Source: Antedon mediterranea (Eukaryota > Animalia > Echinodermata). Taken from it: a DNA stretch of 64,000 bases. Under the pieces are notes generated by a model, which did no database searches, was not told where the DNA came from, and saw only the letters and a program-made list of their open reading frames with translations. Where the stretch lies: the NCBI RefSeq assembly GCF_964355755.1, contig NC_092678.1:264422-328421 (forward strand). Reading direction: 5' to 3'. This document shows positions 1 to 10,724 of this stretch, piece by piece (the stretch's first letter is position 1; each line of letters starts with the position of its first letter). A program made the position numbers and the translations under genes.

Positions 1-862
1 TCATGTTCGTGTTTCTTCAAATGCTTTTTGAAATTACTACTATCATTAAATCGTTTACCACAAAACTCACAACCGTAAGGTTTCTCTCCCGTGTGTAGCC
101 TCAAATGCACCGTTAAATGACCCCTTTGTTTAAACTTTTTGTCACAATATTCGCAATTAAACGGCTCCTCTCCCGTGTGAAGCATCACATGCGCTTTTAA
201 ATTCCCTTTTTGATTAAACGTCTTGTAACAATATTTGCATGTAAATGGGCTTTCACCGGTATGTACCAGTAAATGTCTTTTTAATGCGCTACCGTCATGA
301 AATAACTTGCTGCAATGTTCACATTCGAATATCTTATCTATTTCATGTTTAGCGATGTGAATGACCAATTCATCTTGACCGTCAAATGTACGTCCGCATT
401 GTTCACATTGAACATCTTTAATGTTTGAATGTGCTTCTTCTAAATGTTTGTTAAGGTCGCTTAAATCAAACTTTTCTTTACAATGTTCACATTTAAATTT
501 CTTAAGTATTTCTGAATCTTCATTTCTTCTTGCTTCAAACACGTTACTTTCGCTTCTTTCATCTTCAGTTGGTAAATAAACCCATTTGTCTTCATCTGTA
601 TTTTCTTCTTCACAATACTCAACTGTAAATAAAAATAGTTTCAATTGCCTTATTATTTCATTTGGTAGCATTTATTCTAAATTTGAATGGTAAAACGTTA
701 AAAAAAACTAAAAGATAAATGGAAAAGTAAAATATTCTCAATCGAAAACGCCAACATTAAAATTTATTAATAAAAATCACCTTTACCTATTTCAACCTTT
801 ACATCAGAGATGACTTCTGAGTTGAATTCCATTGCCATTTTATTTTCATTTATATCTGCCAT
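1..862 (-). CDS. C2H2 zinc-finger gene A (3' end runs off the window)
   Basis: Exon 787..862 (ATG at 862, MADINENK...SDVKVEI) splices GT-AG in phase 1 to exon 1..622 (VEYCEEENTDEDKWVYLP...CEHCKEKFDLSDLNKH...HTGESPF). It is a close paralog of the 1676..2935 ORF. Confidence 0.9.
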
Positions 863-1675
863 TTTAGATCTTTCATTCACAATATCTGAAAAAAAATTAA
901 GCACAAACTATTAATAATGTTTTAATACTGGTATTTTTAAATTTTTTGCTTTTTTAATATATTAGAATAAATTTATTTAATATAGGCATTCTAATTTATT
1001 TAATACATTTTGGAAAATAATGAAATCGGTCAAATGGACTTACAGCCAAACTGTTCAGGGTCGAATCGACTTGGTTAGAATTAAAACCTTAAAAAACACC
1101 GATCTTCAAACGTCTATTGCACCAAAAGTATTGTACCTAGCCTCTAGCCTATCATGTTGTCAAGCCATCAAACCCCCACAAACCATAACATGCCTAAATT
1201 CAGTTTACTTTATAATTAAGACATAAAATCACATATCTGATAGTAGTTGATATTTCTTTATTATTACCGAATATAGCATATAATCAGAGAGAAATTAAAA
1301 TTATTGAATTTAGGCTTAGGCCTACCTCATCTCCCCCCGCCGCCGTGAGCAGCTCAAAATATCTCGTCGTCGAAGGAAAAAGCTTTCTCGTTACGCATCA
1401 TTGATTTCCTGCATATGGCACAACAAAGGAGCAAAAATACACAGTCCAATAACACGAAACATTGGCAAAAATAAAAAGCAATACAATTATGTATACATCT
1501 TCATTTAATGTTAATGCAAACATATATAAATAAACAGAGAGATTAATAATCAACCTTTGAAATCTGCTAATATCATTTATTCTCCTTTTTATCATTACTA
1601 TTTTACGGACAGCTAAGCCTAAGTACAATGTTGATATCTATAATATTCATCAAGTTTAGTAATGCATTCAAAAAG

Positions 1676-3173
1676 TTAAATTTTTTTATTAATTTCTTCA
1701 TGTGTTTTTAATAAATGTCGCTTTAAATGACCATTATGACTAAACATTTTACCACAATGTTCACATTCATGTACTGTTTCGCCTGATGCGTGTATTTTCA
1801 TATGACGTTGATAAGTACTATTATAGCTAAACTTTTTTCCGCAATGTTCACATTCAAATGGTTGATCTTCTAAATGGTTTTTCATGTGATTTCGATAATT
1901 ACCACAGCCGGCAAATTTCTTTCCACAATGTTCACATTCATACGGAGTTTCTCCGCTGTGAATTCTCGCATGGATTCGCAAGTGCCCACGGTGATTAAAT
2001 TTCTTTCCGCAAATTTCGCATACAAATTGTGTTTCTCCTGTATGGATTTTCATATGAATTTTAAGAGATCTACTATAACTAAATGTTTTCCCACAGACGT
2101 CACATTCATGTGTCTCTCCTGAATGTAAATGCATATGCTGTTTTAAATTGCCGCCATCATTAAATGTTTTTCCGCAATGTTCACATTCGTACGGTTTTTC
2201 CCCGGTGTGAGTTCTCAGATGCGTTTTCAAATGTCCACGATGAGTAAATTTCTTTCTACAAATTTCGCATTCAAATTGCGTTTCTCCCGTGTGTATTTTC
2301 ATATGAGTTTTAAGATTGCCACGATAATTAAAAGGCTTGCCGCAAACTTCGCATTCGTATGTCTCTCCCAAGTGCAAATTCACATGTTTTTTTAAACTAC
2401 CTGTGTCATTAAACTTCTTCCCACAATGTTCACAGCTATAAGGCTTTTCTCCAGTGTGAATTCTTAAATGTGTTTTTAAAATTCTACTTTGTTTGAATAT
2501 TTTTCCACAATGTTTACACTCAAATTGTTTTTCTTTGATGGAAACATTTTGGTTGCTATTTTTACAAAATTCCTCTTCAAAGCCACTATCTGTGTGTGTC
2601 TTCATGTGCATCTGTATACCAGTTTGTTCCTCAAATGATGCCTCACAAAGTGCACATTCAAAAACCTCTTTTCTTAAATGTGTCTTAATGTGAATGACCA
2701 ATTCATCTTGACTGTCAAGTATACGTCCACATTGTTCACATTGAAAATCTTTAATGTTTGAATGTGTTTCTAAGTGTTTGTTAAAGTCACTTAAGTCAAA
2801 CTTTTCTCCGCAATGTTCACATTTATGTTTCTGAAGTATTTCTTGATTTGACCTTTCTTCTTCTAACATGTTATCTTCGCTACATTCAGCTTCGTACTCA
2901 GGTGGCACATAGATCCATTTTCCTTCATCTTTCATTATTTCTTCGTCAGAACATTCAACTGCAAATAAAATTCGTATTTTGTTATAAATTAAAACATGGC
3001 TAGATATGGAGCTTTTGTCTACTGAAATTTTATTTTTTAAGGAAAGTAATCTACACTTTTTAATTTGTCAAATTACTGTACACTTGATAACTTTATAACT
3101 AACCAATTTCCACCTTTACATCTGGTGGTTGTTCAACCTCCAATTGTGCTACTGCTGTCTTTTTATTGGCCAT
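1676..3173 (-). CDS. C2H2 zinc-finger gene B, 13 fingers, ~450 aa
   Basis: ORF 1676..2935 has TGEKPY-type linkers. It extends through an acceptor at 2959/2960 to exon 3104..3173 (MANKKTAVAQLEVEQPPDVKVEI), phase 1. Confidence 0.92.
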
Positions 3174-3384
3174 TGTCGACAAAAGATCTAAAAATAAAAT
3201 ATAAATAAAAACATAATTTTATAATATAATACTTAATATTAAAACACAATTACTGAGTACACGTACATAATATATTGACCCGAAAAAAGCGCACAATTAA
3301 TAGTTATACTAATAGTACAGTAATTAGCTAGGCCTAGGCTGGTTTAGTAGGCTAGGCTGGCGCTAACCTACAACTGGGTATCTG

Positions 3385-4183
3385 TGTTATGCGCGATTTG
3401 AACGATTTGCGCAATTTGAAATTGCGCAAAAAAAATCCTTGCGCAATTTGAATTGAAACATGTGTTTCAAATTGCGCAAGCAACGTATTAAATTGCGCAA
3501 GTAATCTGCAAATTGCGCAAGGTTTTTCGACAGATTGTGAAATCATGCACACCCATATTTTTATAGTAATTTCTAAGAATGATTCAAAATTAAAGATAAA
3601 TATCGCATTTCCTTATTTTAGTAGTGCAAATATTGTTATAAGTTAGCATACCGTCGAAGAACCGACGAAGGAAAACGAAGCGGTGGTGTTCCACCAGGCG
3701 GGCGCGGCGCGGGCGGCCGGCTATACTACTCTAGCCTAGCTAGGGTCTGGACTATTGATACTGACTAGGTTACATGGCCTAGCTTAAACTAATATTAAAA
3801 ACTTAAAAAGTGAGTATTAAACATTATCTTCATTGAAATGGTCTTATTTATATAATAAAATACTAAATTTTAAACTCCTCTGCCTAGGCCTAGCCTAGCC
3901 ATGTATGGGAAAATTTACACTTCGTTTTCAAATTGCGCAAAGGTGTCATATTGCGCAAGAACTATCTTGCGCAATTTACAAATTGTGCAGCGCAATTTAA
4001 AATTGCGCAAAGATTTTCTTGCGCAATTTGAAATTGCGCAAGTTGATTGCGCAATTTGAAATTGCGCAAAAAAATCTTTGCGCAATTTAAAATTGCGCAA
4101 GAATTCTTTGCGCAATTTCAAATTGCGCAAGGATTTTTTTGCGCAATTTCAAATTGCGCAAATCGTTCAAATCGCGCATAACA
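3385..4183. mobile_element. Non-autonomous TIR DNA transposon (Ginger-like termini) with ~20 TTGCGCAA palindromes
   Basis: Terminal inverted repeats of ~65 bp (TGTTATGCGCGATTTGAACG... / ...CGTTCAAATCGCGCATAACA). The 4-bp direct repeat TCTG flanks both ends (3381-3384, 4184-4187). No transposase ORF. TGT..ACA ends with a 4-bp TSD fit Ginger (family call is inference). Confidence 0.85.
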
Positions 4184-4993
4184 TCTGGTTTCTAGGCCTC
4201 CTCCTAGCCCGACTTTGTGGTGCCAGATTAAACTTAAAGTCTAAAAAAAATACTTAGCCACCACCAGCAAATGTGGCACTGTCAGTGTCAGTGTAAAACA
4301 AATTACTCATCATACTCATACTATAATATTAATATAGGCCTAGGCCTAGTCATACTGGCAGGCCTGACATTGACAAGAGGAGGAGATTACCATCAAATTC
4401 AAAGAAAACAAACACAATGCATCACTGACTGGTAGTAGGATGATCGTCAGAATTATTGACGAAAATATAACATATAAATATGTCAAAGGGAAGGACATTT
4501 AAAGTATTTTGTAAGGCTAGGCCAACAGCGGAGTGCTAGGCCGCTAGTCCTAGTTTTCCAAACTCTTAAGCCCGCGACCACTGCGTCGTCGCCGCGTCGG
4601 TCGTCAGCTTTGCTGTTGTTGCGCATCAATGATTTTTAACAAATATGGCAAACCAAAAGAGCAATAATACAGTAGAAATTTGTATAATGTAATAACAAAA
4701 AAAATCAAAAAAGATATAAATTTCACTCATTTTATTTGTCACATGTCTTACAAGGTCATCTTTATATAAAAAATAATTATTCCACTTTTAGAAATTTGAT
4801 TATAGTAAGTACAGTAGAAGATTATCATGTAAAGAAATTATAATTGACATTCATTAGACAAGTTCTTTGTATTGCGATAAAAGAAGACATTGAATCATTT
4901 ACTATGCAGTGATTTTTTTCTTGAATCATATCTTTTTGAAGATGCTAATCTTATTAATAATAATTAGTCAATAACAAAGATAGGCATCTACAT

Positions 4994-7396
4994 TTACTGC
5001 TGCTGTACTGGGTTGAAGGAGAGAGCGTGTATCTTCAAATGTGCTTTTAAAGAGCCACTTTGGTTAAATTTCTTGCCACAAATGTCACATTGAAAAGGAG
5101 TGTCCCCTGTGTGTGTCCTGATGTGTATCTTCAAACTACCATTTTGGGTAAATTTCTTTCCACAATAATTACATTCAAACGGCATTTCACCGGTATGAAT
5201 TCTCAAATGAACTTTAAGAACCTTTAAGTCTTTAAACCGCTTTTTGCAAACCTTACATTCATAGGGTTTCTCTCCTGTGTGTATTCTTAAATGCGTTTTT
5301 ATAGAGTTGTTATGGTTGAATTGTTTACCACAATACTCGCAAATGTACGGCGTCTCTCCCGTATGTATTCTCACATGCCGCTTTAATGCGCTACTATGTG
5401 TAAATTTCTTTTTGCAGTATTCACATTCGTACGGCTTCTCTCCGGTATGGATTCGTAGATGTGTCCTCCAGTTGCCACGATCCCGAAATTCATTTCCGCA
5501 ATACGCACAATTGTACGGTTTTTCTCCAGTGTGTATCATTATGTGTTTCTTTAGAGTATATTTATCATTGAATTTCTTTCCACAATATTCACATTCAAAA
5601 GGCATCTCCCCTGTGTGTATAATCAAATGTGTTTTTAAATTACCACTTTGTCTAAATTTCTTGCCACAATGTTCACATTGATACGGTCTTTCTCCCGTGT
5701 GTATTCTCAAGTGCGTTTTTAACGTACCATTGTGGTTAAATTTTTTACCACAATGTTCGCATTGATATGGCATTTCTCCTGTGTGTGCCATTAAATGTGT
5801 TTTTAAATTTTCAGAATTGATGAATTTCTTTCCGCAATGTTTACATACATATGGCGTCTCACCGGTGTGTTTTCTCAAATGTCTTTTTAAACTAGAATTT
5901 TCATTAAATTTTTTCCCGCAATGTTCACATGCATACGGTCGATTTCCAGAATGAATTCGTATATGTACCTTCCAGGTACTTTTTCTTTTAAACGTCTTTT
6001 CACACTGTTCACATTTGAATGGTCGTTCTCCTGCGTGTGTTTTCAAGTGTAATTTTAAAGACCCACTACTGCTAAATTTGTCATCACAATATTTACATTC
6101 ATATGGAGTCTCTCCAGTATGCAGTTGCAAATGTTTTTTCATTATTTCGTTATTTTTACAAATTTTTCCACAAAATTCGCATTCGTTTTGCTCTTTCTTT
6201 TGTTGTATTCTCAAATGAGTTATTAAATTAAGATTTTCGCTTAATTTCTGTTCTTTTTTATGAATTATTAAGTGTTTGAATAGTGTTTCAATATCATTAC
6301 AATTATGTCCACAATGTTCACATTCATACTGTGTCTGTTTGTCTGCGTGTCCTGTAAAATCATCTTCCAAAGCAATAATGTCATTGTCATTTGAATGTGT
6401 TATTAAATGTTCTTTTAAATCATCATCTTCTTTGAAATGCAGCTGACAATGTTCACATTCATACTGTGTCTGTTTGTCTGCGTGTCCTGTAAAATCATCT
6501 TGCATAGTACTAATGTTATTAACATGATTATCATTTAAATGCGTCTTTAAATGTTCTTTTAAATCATCACCTTCTTTGAAATCAAGTTCACAATGTGCAC
6601 ATTTGTAAATAATTTCCTCAGCATGTTTCATCAAATGTTCTTTCAAAGAGCCGTTCCGATTGAATGTTTTCCCGCAATGTTCACACACGTAAGGCGTTTG
6701 TCCGGTATGTATTCTTAAATGTCGTTTCAAAGCACTGCTATGTGTAAATTTTTTCTCACAATGTTCACATTCGTACGGTTTTTCTCCGGTATGTATTCTT
6801 AGATGAGTTGCCCAGTTGCCACGATCCCTAAATGCTTTCCCACAATATTTGCATTCATATGGTCTTTCTGCCGTGTGTATTCGTAAATGCACTTTAAAAC
6901 TGTTACGATCGCTGAATTTCTTTCCGCAGTGTTCACATTCGTATGGTGTCTCTCCGGTGTGTATTCTTAAATGTCTTTTTAAAGCTCCAGTCTGCCTAAA
7001 TCTTTTGCCGCAATGTTCACATTCGTATGGCCTTTCTCCTGTATGTGTTCTTAGATGGATTTTTAAGCCGTTACTTTGGCTAAATTTCTTCTGACAATGT
7101 TCACATTCATGCTGTCTAATTGAATGCACTTTGAGATGTTCCTTCAATTTGATTGCGACATCAAATTTCTTCTGACAATGTTCACATTCATGTTTGTGTG
7201 TTTTCACATGCATCGTTAAATCATTTATGTCATTAAATATCGTCCCACATTGTTCACATTGAAACTTCTCAAGTTCTGTATGCATTTCCAAATGTAGTTT
7301 GAAAGAATCCAACTCAAAATTCTCATCACAATGTTCACATTTATATCGTCGTGTTACTTCGTCTGATTCGTCGTTTATGCATTTCGTCTTGTCCAT
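4994..7396 (-). CDS. C2H2 zinc-finger gene C, ~26 fingers, 800 aa
   Basis: Single long ORF with canonical CxxC-x12-HxxxH repeats and HTGE(K/R/T)PY linkers. Two finger arrays are separated by acidic degenerate fingers. Confidence 0.93.
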   Translation of the reverse strand: MDKTKCINDESDEVTRRYKCEHCDENFELDSFKLHLEMHTELEKFQCEQCGTIFNDINDLTMHVKTHKHECEHCQKKFDVAIKLKEHLKVHSIRQHECEHCQKKFSQSNGLKIHLRTHTGERPYECEHCGKRFRQTGALKRHLRIHTGETPYECEHCGKKFSDRNSFKVHLRIHTAERPYECKYCGKAFRDRGNWATHLRIHTGEKPYECEHCEKKFTHSSALKRHLRIHTGQTPYVCEHCGKTFNRNGSLKEHLMKHAEEIIYKCAHCELDFKEGDDLKEHLKTHLNDNHVNNISTMQDDFTGHADKQTQYECEHCQLHFKEDDDLKEHLITHSNDNDIIALEDDFTGHADKQTQYECEHCGHNCNDIETLFKHLIIHKKEQKLSENLNLITHLRIQQKKEQNECEFCGKICKNNEIMKKHLQLHTGETPYECKYCDDKFSSSGSLKLHLKTHAGERPFKCEQCEKTFKRKSTWKVHIRIHSGNRPYACEHCGKKFNENSSLKRHLRKHTGETPYVCKHCGKKFINSENLKTHLMAHTGEMPYQCEHCGKKFNHNGTLKTHLRIHTGERPYQCEHCGKKFRQSGNLKTHLIIHTGEMPFECEYCGKKFNDKYTLKKHIMIHTGEKPYNCAYCGNEFRDRGNWRTHLRIHTGEKPYECEYCKKKFTHSSALKRHVRIHTGETPYICEYCGKQFNHNNSIKTHLRIHTGEKPYECKVCKKRFKDLKVLKVHLRIHTGEMPFECNYCGKKFTQNGSLKIHIRTHTGDTPFQCDICGKKFNQSGSLKAHLKIHALSFNPVQQQ

Positions 7397-8137
7397 CGTT
7401 GTAAAATGTTGTATCCCTCTATCAAAAGTTTGAGAAGAAAAAAATACAATGAAATATTAATTAAAATAATGCAAAGACAGTCTATGCATTGAGGGATAAA
7501 ATTTTAGAATTATATATATAGAATTTTTTCTCTATGGTCCATGGTCATCATATAGGCCAATAGACTGGCTACTAGGTGTGAAACCAAGCTAAAACAGGCT
7601 TGTTGTTGGTTCACACACACTCTAGCTGGACAAAACAAAGCAGTGTAAATCAAATCTATAGGCCCTGAAGAAAAACATAATACTCTGTTCAGAAGAAACT
7701 AACGCATACTAGTACATTCATCAAAATTATTCAACTTACCTTAAACTAGGCCTAACTAGGGCCTGAACTAATTTTAATATTTCTTAGGAAAACAAAAACT
7801 AAGCATCCTCCATCGTCGATTCCTAATTCGTAATTAAAAAGAGAGCTTGTAATATAGAGGGCAGCAGACCGAAAAGTGGAAATCACACATTTGATTGTTG
7901 ATGTATTTTTGGATTTTCCAAGTTCTCTCTCCTCTTACATTTCTTTTAGACATAACATATGACAAATACAAATATACATTAAATATAGAAAACAAGTTTA
8001 TTGTACATACAATATTTATACAAAGTATTTAATTTGATGAGTGGTAAGCCATACAGAACTTCATAACATTTTTTGTTAAAAGGTTAAAAATTAAATATAT
8101 TAAAATTATTCATTTGCAAACTATGTTTTATCTGACA

Positions 8138-9698
8138 TCATTGCCAATTATTAAGCTCCATTTGATGGATTAAATCATCTTCCTTGTGCATTTTTAAATG
8201 TCTTTTTAAACTAGAAATTTCACTGAGTTTTTTGCCACAATGTTCACATTCATGTGATGGTCGATTATTTGAGTGAATTCTTAAATGCACTTTCCAAGTG
8301 CCCCTTCTTTTAAATTTCTTTCCACATTCTTCGCATTCAAATGGCCGTTCTCCCGTGTGTGTTCTTAAGTGTAATTTTAATGATCCACTTTGGATAAACT
8401 TTTTCTTGCAATATTCACATTTATATGGTTTTATCCCAGTATGAATTCTCAAATGCGTTTTAAAAGTAGTTCCTTGTCTAAATTGCTTCCCACAATGCTC
8501 ACACTTGTACGGTTTTTCTCCAGTGTGAATACGCATGTGACCTTTTCTAGAACTGCTATCTTTAAACTTCTTCCCACAATGTTCACATTCATACGGTGCT
8601 TCCCCTGTATGTGTTCGTAAGTGCCGTTTCAATGATCCACTTTGCCTGAACTTTTTCTCACAAAGTTCACATTTGAAAGGCGTCTCTCCTGAATGCGTTG
8701 ATAAATGTTTTATCAATTCACACTTGTGAATAAATCTTCTTCCACAAGCATCACATTCATGCGGTCTATCGCCTGTGTGTATTTTCACATGCGACTTTAA
8801 ATGACCACGTTCACGAAATCGTTTTCCACATTGCTCGCATTCATACGGCTTTTCTCCAGTGTGAATCCTAACATGTTTCGTCAGACCGCCATTTTCTCTG
8901 AATGCCTTCCCACAATGCTCACACTTGTACGGTTTTTCTCCCGTATGTATCCGCACATGAATATTTTTAGAACTAATAGTTTTGAATTTCTTTTCACAAT
9001 GTTCACATTCATAAGACGACTCCATCGTGTGTATTCTCAAGTGTTTTTTAAAAGCTCCAAATTGACTGAATATTTTCTGACAATGTTCGCATTCATAATG
9101 TTTATCGTCAGGTATTTCGCTCTTTTTTAAATGAGTTGCAAAGTGTAATTCCAAATGTTTTTCATCATCAAACATTATTTGACAATATTCACATTGATTA
9201 CATGAATGTGTCTTAATAACATGCTCATCTAAGTCGTCCTCATTCTCAAATATCTGTCCACAATGTTCACATTGAATTTGTTCAACTTCTGCATGTTTTT
9301 TGAAATGTGTTTTTAATTCATGCAATTCAAACTTTTCTCCACAGTGTTCACATTTATATTTGATTTGATTTCCATAGTTTAAAATTATTTCTCTATTTTC
9401 TTCTGATTGCAAATGCTCATTTTCTTGGCTTTCACTATAATTTATCTCGTCTTCTGTCGATGAACTGTTTCCCAATATTTCTCCAAAGTTTTCTAAAATA
9501 GAAATTATAACAACTACGGTATATAATTTTAAAAAGAATCAAAATGAAATTAAAATTATTTACATATTTCAAGTTTTATTTATAACATTTAATTAATTAA
9601 TTAATAGGCCTAATTATTTACTTCTTGAAAATATTTATTAAAAACTCACCTATTTTAACTTCTGGAATCATTATAAAGTCATTTTCATATTCTGCCAT
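8138..9698 (-). CDS. C2H2 zinc-finger gene D, 14 fingers, ~467 aa
   Basis: Exon 9650..9698 (MAEYENDFIMIPEVKI) joins exon 8138..9492, GT-AG, phase 1, in frame with ORF 8138..9475. A probable non-coding first exon has its donor at ~9998. Confidence 0.92.
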
Positions 9699-10724
9699 TC
9701 CTAAGAATAGTTTGCAATCAATATTGAAACTGCAAAAGAACAAACAAAAACAAAGTATTATTCCAGGGACGAACCGACCTCAAAATGTCTAAGTCCAGGA
9801 CAAAACGAAGGATCCGCCTGTTCAGTCAACACATTAGGCCATGGACAAGCTAAAAAAAGGAGGCCGCACTCAGTGCGTTCTCAAGATTTAAACATTATTT
9901 TTATAATGTAATAATTATAATAAAGCAATTATAAAAACGCGAATTTTATATTTACGATTGTTATTTTTGTATACAAGTCAAATGAACAAATCTCTTACCA
10001 TGTAGGGCCTAGCTAGGCCAGGCCTTTTTACTTGAATATTTTTTGCTGAAAAAATTATTACAGAGGGCGGCAAACAAGTTTCAGCAACAACAGTAAACAA
10101 AGATCAACTCGGTACCAAATGTCATGCTTTGCTTTTATTAGAACTATATAGCTGTATACTATTACTACATTATTAAGAAATCCAATACAAGAACAATGAT
10201 ATTTCAAACTGTTTAAGTTGGCGATACAAAGCTGCCGTTATCCAATCAAAAGCTTAATTCAACCCACAATGCAGTTAAATAAAAGATATGGTATGCATAA
10301 TACCTGAACAAAATAAACTACATCGTATCTATCCTACATGCACTACCCTTTAACTGCTATCAGTACCCTTCAACTGCTATCTTATTTTAACATTGATTAC
10401 ACTACTAATGACATAGGCCAGTCAATGTATAGAATCTGTCAACAGATATCTACATCATTATCATTAATAGTAGTACTTTTTTGTTCTGTGACTGAATACA
10501 AATAATCAGGATTCATATCAATGATTATTATTACAAATTGGGAGAAGATTGTGTAGATCTGCACGTGTAGTTACAGTATGTGTCATAGTTAGTTGATATA
10601 CCATAGGCCAGGCAGGTGTAGTGACGTATTATAGTTCAGACTGGAGTAGTGACGAACTTTAGACCAGCCTGGATGTCTCAGAGCCTTGGTTTGTTATAGT
10701 TGAATAAGGAACTTCATTGTTGTG

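Noticed and set aside
1874-9130. Plus-strand ORFs overlapping the ZNF genes
   Set aside because: Antisense shadows of repetitive zinc-finger codons; no independent features.
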